A stretch of DNA of 64,000 nucleotides from Planctomycetota bacterium (GTDB lineage Bacteria > Planctomycetota > UBA1135 > UBA2386). Below are positions 39,928 to 49,293 of this stretch, one piece after another (the stretch's first letter is position 1; every line of letters starts with the position of its first letter). Where the stretch lies: positions 7,104,001 to 7,168,000 of the forward strand of contig OZ245006.1 of assembly GCA_965223545.1 (NCBI GenBank), written 5' to 3'. A program made the position numbers and the translations under genes. The notes below the pieces were generated by a model. It did not search any database. It was not told where the DNA came from and saw only the letters and a list, made by a program, of their open reading frames with translations.

Positions 39928-41393
39928 AGCGCTGGCTCGCGGCGATGGTGGGCGGTGGCGGTTTGATAGGCGGCCGCCGCGCGCAGCAGGGTCTCTTCGG
40001 CGAGCGCCGGGCCGATCAGCTGCAGGCCGACCGGCAGGCCGCCGTCGGTGGCGCCGCACGGCAGCGACAGCGCCGGCACGCCGGCCAGGTTGGCCGGCAC
40101 GGTCAGCACGTCGCACAGATACATCTGCAGCGGGTCGTCCAGCTTCTCACCGAGCCGGAACGCGGGCATCGGCGAAGTCGGGCAGGCGATCAGATCGCAC
40201 GCGGCGAAGGCGTGCTCGAAGTCGCGCCGGATCAGCGTGCGCACCTTGGATGCCTGCAAGTAATAGGCGTCGTAGCTCTCGGCGCACAGCGCGAAAGTGC
40301 CGAGCAGGATGCGCAGCACCGCCTCGTCGCCGAAGCCGAGGCTGCGCGTCTCGCTGTACATCGCGTCCAGGTCGAGCGCCCCCGACGCGCGCGCGCCGTA
40401 GCGGACGCCGTCGTAGCGGGCCAAGTTGGTGGCGGCCTCGGCGTTGGCGATCAAGTAGTAGCTGGCGATGGCGTGCTCGGCGTGCGGCAGCGTCACCGGT
40501 ACCACGCGGGCGCCGAGCTCTTCGAGCGCGTCGATCGCGGCGCGCACTGGCTGCTCGACGGCACCGTCCAGGTCGCCGCCCAGCAGTTGTTCGGCGATGC
40601 CGATGCGCAGCCCCGCGACGCCTCCCGCGAGCGCCGCGCCGTAGTCGGGCACCGGCTCGGGGCGCGACGTGGCGTCCATCGGATCGTGGCCGGCGAGCAC
40701 CGACAGCACGCAGGCCATGTCGGTGGCGCTGCGCGCGAACGGCGCCACGTGGTCGAGGCTGCTGGCGAAGGCGACCAGGCCGTAGCGCGAGATCCGGCCG
40801 TACGTCGGCTTGAGGCCGAGCACGCCGCACAGCGCCGCCGGCTGTCGCACCGAGCCGCCCGTGTCGGAGCCGAGCGCCAGCGGCGCCATGCGCGCGGCCA
40901 CCGCCGCGGCCGATCCGCCACTGCTGCCGCCGGGCGCGCGTTCGAGGTCGAACGGGTTGTGCGTGCGCTGCACGCTCGAGTGCTCGGTCGAGCTGCCGAA
41001 GGCGAACTCGTCCATGTTGGTGCGGCCGAGCAGCACCGCGCCGGCGGCCTCCAGGCGCTGCACCGCGGTGGCGGTGTAGGGCGCGCGGAAGCCCTCGAGG
41101 ATGCGCGACGCGCAGCCGGTGCGGGCGCCGCGGCGGACGAAGTTGTCCTTCAGCGCGACGGGTACTCCGGCAAGCGCGCCGAGCGGGCGGCCTTCCTTGC
41201 GTTTCCGGTCGACGGCCTCGGCGTCGCGCCGCGCCTGCTCGCCCCACACCTCGAGGAACGCGCCGACGCGCTCGTCGACCGCGCCGATGCGCGCCAAGTG
41301 CGCATCGACGATGTCCGCCGCGCGCAGCTCGCCGTCGCGCACCGCGTCGCGCAAGCCGAGCGCATCCATGCCGATCAGGTCGGTGCCGTTCAT
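39924..41393 (-). CDS. gatA: Asp/Glu-tRNA amidotransferase subunit A
   Basis: KDN, PGGSSGGS, GSDTGGSVRQP, LARYDGVRYG. Confidence 0.97.
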   Translation of the reverse strand: MNGTDLIGMDALGLRDAVRDGELRAADIVDAHLARIGAVDERVGAFLEVWGEQARRDAEAVDRKRKEGRPLGALAGVPVALKDNFVRRGARTGCASRILEGFRAPYTATAVQRLEAAGAVLLGRTNMDEFAFGSSTEHSSVQRTHNPFDLERAPGGSSGGSAAAVAARMAPLALGSDTGGSVRQPAALCGVLGLKPTYGRISRYGLVAFASSLDHVAPFARSATDMACVLSVLAGHDPMDATSRPEPVPDYGAALAGGVAGLRIGIAEQLLGGDLDGAVEQPVRAAIDALEELGARVVPVTLPHAEHAIASYYLIANAEAATNLARYDGVRYGARASGALDLDAMYSETRSLGFGDEAVLRILLGTFALCAESYDAYYLQASKVRTLIRRDFEHAFAACDLIACPTSPMPAFRLGEKLDDPLQMYLCDVLTVPANLAGVPALSLPCGATDGGLPVGLQLIGPALAEETLLRAAAAYQTATAHHRREPAL

Positions 41394-41680
41394 CCGTCGA
41401 CCGCCCGCGGCACGAGGAAGCAGTCGGCGCGGCGGCGCGGCGCGTTCGCCAGCACCTCGTCGACCGGCAGCACCGGTCCGGGCTCGTCGTCGCGCACCCG
41501 GGGCGGCAGCGCCAGTGGGTAGGGCTCGGGCTCGACGCCGGTCGTGTCGACCGCCGCCAGCGCTTCGAAGTAGCGCACCAGCCGCTCGAGGCGCGGCCTC
41601 AGTCGGGCGGCGTCCTCGTCGTCGACCCGCAGGCGGGCGAGCGCGGCGAGCTTGTGAAGATCGGGGTGATGGTCGCTCAC
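41390..41680 (-). CDS. gatC: Asp/Glu-tRNA amidotransferase subunit C
   Basis: KLAALARL, VDTTGVEP, RDDE, LANAP, FLVPR; first gene of gatCAB. Confidence 0.9.
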   Translation of the reverse strand: MSDHHPDLHKLAALARLRVDDEDAARLRPRLERLVRYFEALAAVDTTGVEPEPYPLALPPRVRDDEPGPVLPVDEVLANAPRRRADCFLVPRAVDG

Positions 41681-41769
41681 GTGGACGGAAGTAAGGGCTG
41701 CAAAGGGGGGCGGAACTCCTGCTGGCATCAGGGTTTTAGCAAATCGCCCGCCGGCTTTAGGGGGTGCTT

Positions 41770-41798
41770 TTGCGCCGCCGCCGCAAGCCGCCTACACT
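41770..41798 (+). promoter_or_regulatory. Putative sigma70 promoter
   Basis: TTGCGC-N17-TACACT upstream of 41861. Confidence 0.5.
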
Positions 41799-41860
41799 GA
41801 GGCTCCCGTTGGAGACCGCAGCGGCGCGGGCGGTCGCGCTGCTTTCTTCAAGAGCACAGC

Positions 41861-42448
41861 ATGGAATCCCCAGAACTCCTGGTCATCGGCCTCACCTGCA
41901 ACCTCGTGGGGGTCTTCTTTCTGGCCAACTCGATCATCTTCCGCCGGCCGCGCAAGGTGATTGAGGAGTTCTTCGGCGTCGGCGCCGGGAGTCTCGAGCA
42001 AATCCGGGACTACGCGCTGAACAAGATCCAGGTGGTGATCGGCTTCTTGTTCCTCAACGCGGGCTTCCTGCTGCAGGCCTTCGCCAGCCTGGATCTGCTG
42101 GCCGAGCGCGGCTGGACCGCCCTCGTGTGCGCCGCGATCCTGGTCTTCGCCGGCATCGTCTACCTGGTCGGCGCGATCTACTCGCGGCTGTCGTTCAAGC
42201 GCTACCTGCAGGAGTTCTTCGCCCGGCACGCCTGGTCGTTCACCGACAACATGGCGCTGACCAAGGAGATCGGCAAGTTCCTGGGCATCCACCTGAGCAA
42301 TGACATGACGGTGGAAGAGTTCGTGCACCGCGTGAAGAAGGCACTCGACGTGCCCGACCGCGACGCCGGCGCGAGCTCGATGATCGACCGCGGTCGCCGA
42401 CTGCGCGATCTCGGCGCGGTGCAGGGCCGCGCCGCCGGCGGCAGCTGA
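41861..42448 (+). CDS. Hypothetical membrane protein (about 3 TM helices)
   Basis: Typical codon usage; hydrophobic segments; upstream promoter. Confidence 0.75.
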   Translation: MESPELLVIGLTCNLVGVFFLANSIIFRRPRKVIEEFFGVGAGSLEQIRDYALNKIQVVIGFLFLNAGFLLQAFASLDLLAERGWTALVCAAILVFAGIVYLVGAIYSRLSFKRYLQEFFARHAWSFTDNMALTKEIGKFLGIHLSNDMTVEEFVHRVKKALDVPDRDAGASSMIDRGRRLRDLGAVQGRAAGGS

Positions 42449-42492
42449 GCCGGCCGGCGGGGCATGGCCCCGGTTGGTCGCGTCGGGGGCGG

Positions 42493-42933
42493 CTACTCGT
42501 GCGCGACGCGCACGGCGTTGCTCAGCTCGTACTGCAAGGTGCCGGCGGCATCGAAGCGGAACACCGCGGTCTGCAGGATGAAGTGGCCGACGATCGAGGT
42601 GTTCCACGACCGCTGGAAGGTGAAGCCGCCGGTGGCGTCGATGAGCTGGGGCAATTGCCAAACCGGCAGCGTGTAGAGCGTGCACGCCGTGCCGGCCAGC
42701 GGGAAGGCGAAGCTCTGCACGCCGAAGTAGGTCAGCGAATGCTCGCCGGCCCAGGCGCCGGTGAGGGCGAGATCGAGACGGTGGTTGCCGCCGCCGATCG
42801 GGCTGAAGCTGGCGGTCAGCGTCGGTCCGCAGCCCGGGCCGACCGGCGTCACGCTGAAGGTGGGCTGTGCGGCGACGGTGGTGCCGAGCAGGGCCGTCGC
42901 ACAGAGGAAGTGGCGGAGACGGATCGTGAACAT
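42493..42933 (-). CDS. Small secreted beta-rich hypothetical protein
   Basis: Signal peptide ...TVAA|QPTF; two Cys in the mature part. Confidence 0.7.
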   Translation of the reverse strand: MFTIRLRHFLCATALLGTTVAAQPTFSVTPVGPGCGPTLTASFSPIGGGNHRLDLALTGAWAGEHSLTYFGVQSFAFPLAGTACTLYTLPVWQLPQLIDATGGFTFQRSWNTSIVGHFILQTAVFRFDAAGTLQYELSNAVRVAHE

Positions 42934-43168
42934 GCTTGAACCCTCGAATCAAAGCGGCCCGTTGCGGGCCGGGTTTCCATTGAGGGAGCCCCTGATGGAG
43001 TGAACGGCCGGCGCCACGGGGTGCGGCCGTGATTGTCGACGCGCGCGGTGGTCTGCCGAGTTCCGTGGCCGCCGCAAATCAGGGCAAGGAGGAGGGCTCC
43101 GTCGGGAGTCGACAGGAGGCGCAACCCCACTCGTGACGGATCGCGGTCTGCGCACCACTCCTCCTGCG

Positions 43169-43933
43169 ATGAGCCCGGTTCGCGCGAGAGCCCCAGCGGC
43201 GCTGGCCCCGTGGCGGCGGCACGGGCGCGAGCTGTGGGTCGCGCTACTCGACGTGCTGTGCCCACCGCACTGTCCATCCTGTGGGGTCCCCGCGGCCCAG
43301 CTGTGCGCGCCGTGCCGAACACTGCTCGAGCCGCGTCCGGCGCCGCTGTGTCCGCGCTGCGGCGTGCCGTTGCCAGCGGCGGACGCGCCGTGCGCGACCG
43401 ACCATCGCCACGTGCGCGGGCTTTCCTGGGTGCGCGCGCCGCTGCGCTATCGCGGCACCGGTGGCCGGCTCGTGCGGCGGGTCAAGTTCGCCGGCGATCG
43501 CGCGGCGGCACGCGAGCTGACTCGCCGGATGGCCGACGCGGCGCGCGCCTGGGCGGTGGGCGAGGGCCGCCGGGCGGTGGTCGGATCGGTGCCCTTGCAC
43601 CGCAGCAAGCGCCGGCGCCGCGGTCACGATCAGGCGGCGTGGCTGGCCGAGGGCGTGGCGCTGCGCCTCGGTCTGCGCTTCCGCGCACGGCTGCTGCGCC
43701 GGTCGCGGGACACCTTGCCGCAGGGGGATCCCCGCGTGCTGTCGCGGGCGCAGAACGTGCACGGCGCGTTCGCGGTGCGCCGGCCGCGGGTGGTGGCGGG
43801 CGCCGCCGTGCTGTTGATCGACGACGTCGCCACCTCGTGGCACACGGCGCGCGAGTGTGCGCGCGTGCTGCGGGCGGCGGGGGCGCGGCGCGTGGCGCTG
43901 CTGTGCGCGGCGCAAGGAGGCGAGCACGCGTGA
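43169..43933 (+). CDS. comF: ComF family phosphoribosyltransferase-like protein
   Basis: CPSC...CAPC...CPRC zinc ribbon; VPLH, RGHDQA, LLIDDVATS. Confidence 0.85.
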   Translation: MSPVRARAPAALAPWRRHGRELWVALLDVLCPPHCPSCGVPAAQLCAPCRTLLEPRPAPLCPRCGVPLPAADAPCATDHRHVRGLSWVRAPLRYRGTGGRLVRRVKFAGDRAAARELTRRMADAARAWAVGEGRRAVVGSVPLHRSKRRRRGHDQAAWLAEGVALRLGLRFRARLLRRSRDTLPQGDPRVLSRAQNVHGAFAVRRPRVVAGAAVLLIDDVATSWHTARECARVLRAAGARRVALLCAAQGGEHA

Positions 43934-43992
43934 CTCGAGAATCCGCCGACCGGGCGGTGCATTCCCCCGACCGCCGGCTACCGTCGTCGCCG

Positions 43993-44742
43993 ATGCCACC
44001 GTCTGCAGCGGATGCGATCGAGGCCGCCCAGCGCCGGCTGTCCGGCCAGCTGGTCGAGACTCCGGTGATCGGCGGTCTGAGCGTGCCGGGCGTCGCCTTC
44101 TGGCCGGAGCTGCGCGTCAAGGCCGAGGTGTTGCAGCCGGCGGGCTCGGTGTACTTCCGCGGCGCGCTGCACTACCTGTTGCGGCAGCTCGGCGCGCTCA
44201 AGGGCTTGGCCGTGCACGGTGCGCCGCGCTGGGTGCTGGCGGCGGCGACCGCCGCCGCGATGCTGAGGACTCCGTGCGTGGCCCTGCCGGTGGGGCCTCT
44301 CGACGACGACCTCGAGAGTTTGCTCCGCGCCACCGGTTGCGAGCTGCGGCCGCAGGCGACGTCCGAGCTGGCGGAGGCAGAGGTGGAGCAGCTGCGGGCC
44401 CGCCACGGCAGCAAGCCGATGCCGGCGCTGGCGCACGCCGACGTCGCCGACGGCATCGCCACGCTGGGACTGGAGCTCGCGGCGGAGCTCGCCGACGACA
44501 CCGAGGTGGTGGCCGTTGCGCCGGCAGTGTTGGCACCGATCGTGGCGCGCGGGCTTGTCGCCGGCGGCCGCGCGCTGGCGGTGCAGGGGGTCGAGGTCGA
44601 ACCGGATGGCGACTGGCGCCCCCTGTCGCGTCGGTTGCGCACCGGCTTGCGGTTGGACGTCGGTGCGGCCAGCGTCGCCGCGGTGCAGTGGGCGCTGGCG
44701 CACGCCGTGGGCACCAGCGCCTGTATCGTGCTCGCCGAGTGA
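43993..44742 (+). CDS. Threonine dehydratase/serine racemase-fold (fold type II) protein lacking the PLP Lys
   Basis: ETPV, KAEVLQPAGSVYFRGA, GIATLGLE; start could be GTG at 43930. Confidence 0.7.
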   Translation: MPPSAADAIEAAQRRLSGQLVETPVIGGLSVPGVAFWPELRVKAEVLQPAGSVYFRGALHYLLRQLGALKGLAVHGAPRWVLAAATAAAMLRTPCVALPVGPLDDDLESLLRATGCELRPQATSELAEAEVEQLRARHGSKPMPALAHADVADGIATLGLELAAELADDTEVVAVAPAVLAPIVARGLVAGGRALAVQGVEVEPDGDWRPLSRRLRTGLRLDVGAASVAAVQWALAHAVGTSACIVLAE

Positions 44743-44758
44743 CGGCGGTCGACCGCCG
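44743..44758. terminator. Perfect 16-bp palindrome between convergent genes
   Basis: cggcggtcgaccgccg fills the gap between the two stop codons. Confidence 0.4.
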
Positions 44759-44760
44759 GC

Positions 44761-45339
44761 TCAGCAGCGCAACGCGCGCTCGAAGCTGTTGATCCGCGCC
44801 ACCGCGTGGCCGAGGTCGGGCTCGACGAAGTGCGGATCGACGTGGAACGCGCCGTCCTGCCCGGCCTCTCCGGTCTGCACCAAGATCGTGCCGAGGCCGC
44901 CGCGGCTGCCCGACAGGATGTCGGTGGTGGTGTGGCCGATCTTCCAGCAGCGTGCCAAGTTGAGCTCGAACTCCTGCTGCGCCATCTTGTACATGCCCGG
45001 CGCCGGCTTGCGGAACACCGACTCCTTGCGCAGCTTGCCGCGCCCCTTCGGGTGGTAGGGGCAGTGATAGATCTTGGCGATGCGCACGTCGTGGGCGGCG
45101 GCGTCTTCCAAGAACCGCTCGCACATCTTCTTGAAGTCGCGCTCGCGCATGCGGCCGAGTGCCATGTCGGTGCGGTCGCTGGCGGCGAACAGCAGAAAGC
45201 GCGTCGGATCGATGCGCGACAGCGCGTGCAGGGCGTTGTCGTAGTAGTCGATGGTGCCGTCGGCCTTGAGGCGCGGCTCGCGCATGACGACGCCGTCGAG
45301 CTCGAAGAAGACGGCCTGCTTGTTGGGGATGCGTGCCAT
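44761..45339 (-). CDS. HAD-IIIA GmhB/HisB-N-like protein with altered catalytic motifs
   Basis: AVFFELDGV, HCPYHP, RKPAPGM, KIGHTTTD, LVQTG. Confidence 0.8.
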   Translation of the reverse strand: MARIPNKQAVFFELDGVVMREPRLKADGTIDYYDNALHALSRIDPTRFLLFAASDRTDMALGRMRERDFKKMCERFLEDAAAHDVRIAKIYHCPYHPKGRGKLRKESVFRKPAPGMYKMAQQEFELNLARCWKIGHTTTDILSGSRGGLGTILVQTGEAGQDGAFHVDPHFVEPDLGHAVARINSFERALRC

Positions 45340-45426
45340 GGTTGGGGGGTCCTGTGCGGGAGTGCCGGGGTTTTCGGCGCGCTCCGGCGACCCCTTGAGA
45401 AGGCGGGAAAAATGCCCGCGATCGCG

Positions 45427-47442
45427 TCAGCGACCCGTTGGCGCGGGTGCGTGCATCCGGTGAAGCACGCCTGCCAGATCGCTGCGGATCGGCGTTGTCG
45501 CCGGAGTCGGCCACCAGGATGCCTCGCCTTGCAGATCGGCTTCGGCCCGTGCCAGCTCCTCACCGGTCGCCGGGTCATAGAGGACCATCACGGTGGGCCC
45601 TGGCGGAATCCCCTGCAGCCGGAATGTGCCGTCTGCGTCGACCCCCGTGCTCCGCACGAGCACTCTGATGGATCGAAGATCCGCCGGCTGGGGGAAGGCT
45701 GCCACCACCAGCCGGCGTGCCGCGCTGCCGGAGACGCCCGCGACGCGCCCCGACAGGGAAGCGCTCGGCCCGAGCGATAGGACGTTCCGGTCCGCGAAGT
45801 CGATGGGGGCGACCCTGGTCGCGGCGAAGGCACCATCTTCGCCAAACGCGACGACGACCAAAGGAGTGGCAGGCAACGTGTCGAACGCGAACGCGCCGCG
45901 CGCGTCGCTGCGGGCCATGACCGGCGCGTGGACGCGGGCACCGGGCGACTGAGGATACGCCAGCAGCAGCACGCCGCTTGTCGACCGGCCGCCGGACTGG
46001 ACGGCGCCCCGCAGTCGGCTCGTCGCGGGCTGCAGGGTGAGAACCACGTCGGCGGTGCTCTTGCGGTTGACGAAGGCGAGCTCCGAACGTGCGCGTCCCG
46101 GGATGCGTGCCCAGATGCGTGCACTGCGGGAATCGGCGAGGGAAAAGCCGAAGGACCCGTCGGCACCGGCGTGCCCGATGGCAACACTCACCCGGGCTGC
46201 TCCCGCCGCCGCCCAGCAGATCTCCGCGCCGGCGGCGGGCGCGCCGTCCTCGTCGACCACCGTCCCCGCGACGCGGGTCACCTGTTGCACCGACTCGACG
46301 ATGATCCCCGCTTCGCCCGCGTGGCGTTCGCGAGGCGGCGCCAAGCTGCTGAAGCGGAGCCGCACGACCCCGGGGCGGACGCCGGGGAACCAGGCCATGC
46401 CGTTTGCGTCGGTGGTTGCGGATCGCAGCGGCTCGAGCTGCGCGAACAACGAATCCGCGGCACTGGTGGGGCCCGTCTTCAGCCCGAGCAGGACGCCGGG
46501 CACCGGCCCCCCGCGGTGCTGAACCAACACCCCGATCCCGCCGACGGAAGTCGAGGCATGTTGCGGAACCGCTGCCGGTGGGAGGGTCGCGGCGGGCGTC
46601 CGGGCGAACCGCGATGGGGCTGGCGGCGCGCGCACCGGGCTTCGATCCTCGGCCCCGACGGCCGCATAGCCGGGCGCCGTGGTCGGTGACGGCCGTCGTC
46701 CGGTCTCCGCCAGCGCCCTGGCCGTGGCCGCCAGCGTCACGACGAGGACGACCCCGGCCGCGCCGACCGCAACGCCCGTCCCACGGAAATGCGCGCCGGG
46801 CACGGCGCGCGGTGAGCGGGACGGATGCGGGATCCGTTGCGCCGTCGAGGATCGGCCCGATGCCAAGACGACCGCCATCGCGGGAGTCAGCTCCGGCGGC
46901 AGTGTTTGCCGGAGCGATTTCACCGCCCGCCAGATTTGGCTCCGAACCGTGCTCGCCGATCGCTGCAAGTGCCGAGCGATCGTCTTTGCCGGCATCTGCT
47001 CTTCGTAGTAGAGCCGCAGGAGCTCCCGGTCGCGGCCGGGCAACCGCCGCAGAGAATCCAGCAACAGCAGTTGCGCCTCGCGGCCTTGCAGGCACATGAC
47101 CGGATCCTGCCCCCTCGACGTCAAGCGCGCCGGGTTGAGCGGCCGACCCGAACGACGCCGGTACACGTCCGCCACCTTTCTGCGCAGGATGCCGTACAGC
47201 CAATCGCCGAGCCTCTTCTTCTCGTCGAAGCGCGCCGCGGCGGCGAGCGCAGCGAGGTAGGTCTCCTGCAGCACGTCGTCCAACTCGGACGAGGGCACGC
47301 CCAATCGCCGCGCGTCGGACTTGAGCATCGGCGCTGTCCTGGCAACGATCTGCTGGAACACGTCTCGGTCAGCAGTGGCGCGAAAACGAGAAAACAGAGC
47401 CTCGCTGCTCTCGGCCGGTCGGGGGTGAGGGTCGGGTTGCAT
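45427..47442 (-). CDS. ECF sigma factor fused to a TM helix and carboxypeptidase-regulatory-like beta-sandwich repeats
   Basis: DDVLQETYL, WLYGI (sigma2); LPGRDRELL..YYE..TVRSQIWRA (sigma4); TM; GTVVDEDGAP, DADGTF repeats. Confidence 0.85.
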   Translation of the reverse strand: MQPDPHPRPAESSEALFSRFRATADRDVFQQIVARTAPMLKSDARRLGVPSSELDDVLQETYLAALAAAARFDEKKRLGDWLYGILRRKVADVYRRRSGRPLNPARLTSRGQDPVMCLQGREAQLLLLDSLRRLPGRDRELLRLYYEEQMPAKTIARHLQRSASTVRSQIWRAVKSLRQTLPPELTPAMAVVLASGRSSTAQRIPHPSRSPRAVPGAHFRGTGVAVGAAGVVLVVTLAATARALAETGRRPSPTTAPGYAAVGAEDRSPVRAPPAPSRFARTPAATLPPAAVPQHASTSVGGIGVLVQHRGGPVPGVLLGLKTGPTSAADSLFAQLEPLRSATTDANGMAWFPGVRPGVVRLRFSSLAPPRERHAGEAGIIVESVQQVTRVAGTVVDEDGAPAAGAEICWAAAGAARVSVAIGHAGADGSFGFSLADSRSARIWARIPGRARSELAFVNRKSTADVVLTLQPATSRLRGAVQSGGRSTSGVLLLAYPQSPGARVHAPVMARSDARGAFAFDTLPATPLVVVAFGEDGAFAATRVAPIDFADRNVLSLGPSASLSGRVAGVSGSAARRLVVAAFPQPADLRSIRVLVRSTGVDADGTFRLQGIPPGPTVMVLYDPATGEELARAEADLQGEASWWPTPATTPIRSDLAGVLHRMHAPAPTGR

Positions 47443-47509
47443 GTCAGTGACCGCGCGGACGGAGATCAGGGCGCGTGCATCGCGCTCGTTCCTCCCCGGG
47501 GGAGGGCGA

Positions 47510-49079
47510 TTAGCTACCGTTGTAGACCGCGTGCGGCCAGTAGGTGACCGTGCGCGTGTTGTTCTCGCCCGTCGCCTCGACGAACAACCAGTAAAGGCCG
47601 TTCTTCAGGACACTCGTGTCGAACGTCCACACGTACGGAGGGCCGGACGGGACGAAGCTGTGGTCGGGGGGCATCGGCGCAGGAGGGCCGCACCCGTTCG
47701 CGGTCGTCCCGGGACAGGGCAGGATTGGCGCCGGATAACGGTGCCCAGCGGGACCGCCCGCGCACGTTGGATGGCATCCGGCGACGCCGAACGTGGCGCC
47801 GCGGACGAAGTCCGTCCACTCGAACAATCGGAATTTGATCCCGGTGATGCCGGCGCCGTTGCTCGAGCCGGCGGAGGGCACGTAGGCGCTCATCGAATAG
47901 GTGAACACGCCGCCGATGTCGCCCGCCGTTGGCTCGGGGTGCACCCTGCCGATGACGGGCCCCTGCTTGACGGCGGTCACACCCGTGACGGTCAGCACGA
48001 CGTTGTTGGATTGAAAGCCGGCGTGCGTGATGCTCACTCCGGTCGGCCCGATACCGGGCAGATCGAGCTGCATCGTCTGCAACGGTGCCAGCGGCGCGTC
48101 GGTGAGATCGAGCTCGCATGGGTCCTCGCCAGTGGTGTTGGCATCCAGCAGCAACGTGCGGGAGATCGGGCTATCGGATTCCAGTGAGACCACGGGGCCG
48201 TCCGCGTGGAAACCGCCGGCATAGGCCCGCCAGTAGACCCAGGCGCTCGTATTGTCGCTCAACGGGATCTTGACTGCCGTTGGCGTCAACGAGGGTGAGT
48301 CCTCGATCGGCTGAATCTGAAACGAGGACGATCCGGGCGGAGCGGTCGCGATGGATGGCATGTCTCCAAACCAGCCGGCGCGTTCGGCGAACCACGGGTG
48401 GGTAGTGCGACTGCCGGCCGGCGTTGCCCATCGGGTCGAAGGTGTCACCGTACGGCTTTTCGGTACCGGATGGGGTCGCCGTACCCGTGCAGGCGGGCAT
48501 GAACAGGTTGGCGTGTTGCCACAACAAGCTGTGTCCCAGCTCGTGAATGAGGCCGAAGTGCCACTTGCCGACCGGGATGCCCGACCACAGATTCATGTCC
48601 ACGAAGATGGACTTCTGGTTCACCGTTCCCCGGCCGCCGTTTCCCGGCAGGGCACCGGTGCTGACGTAGAACACCCGGTCGTAGTTTGCCGGTTGGGGCT
48701 TCTCGGGGTTGGCTTGGAGATTGGCGATCACGTCGGCCCGGAGCTCCACCCAAGGCCTCGACTTGTTGGAGTCGAGAAAGTTGAGGTAGTACTGCGCGGA
48801 GTTGGGAACCGTGGCGGTCGTGACGTGCGCGGTGACGTTGAGCGCTTGGTAGCTGACGACGGCGAGCTCGGCTGCCATGTTCCCCGCTGCGAGCACGAGG
48901 TCGGCCTGCGATACCGGGCTGGGGCCGGGCGTGAACGACACGTTGACGAGCAAGTACTGCTGCGCGCCCTTGTGTCGGTATTGGTCGAGCATGTCCTCGG
49001 GCGGCTGCGTCCCTGGACTTTGGCCCGCCAGCGACAGCGCGATCAGGGAGCCGGCGAGTGGGACACGAGACAAACGCAT
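47510..49079 (-). pseudogene. Secreted M11/gametolysin-like zinc metalloprotease split by a +1 frameshift near 48400
   Basis: Frame A: signal peptide, HELGHSLLWQHA, YGDTFDPMG; frame B continues HPWFAERAGW; removing one base gives 522 aa. Confidence 0.75.
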
Positions 49080-49293
49080 TGTGGAGTCCTCGGTTGGAAG
49101 GGCCGAACACGACGAGTTCGTGCGGGGTGGCGGTGTGTCCCCCGCAATCGCGTTGGATTTCCGACTGACTTGGCAATCTGTCCACACGCTCGTGGGGCGG
49201 GTGAGCTCGTAGTGGGGCGCAGCCGCGGGATCGCGGTCCGCTCGCCGAGCTCAGCACGGCCACGCGCGTAACCAACTCGTCGGCCCCGGACGC

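Noticed and set aside
42934..43168. Possible structured RNA in the ~235-bp divergent intergenic region (hairpin cggcccg-ttg-cgggccg at 42955-42971)
   Set aside because: Only short GC stems, which are expected by chance; no recognisable riboswitch motif.
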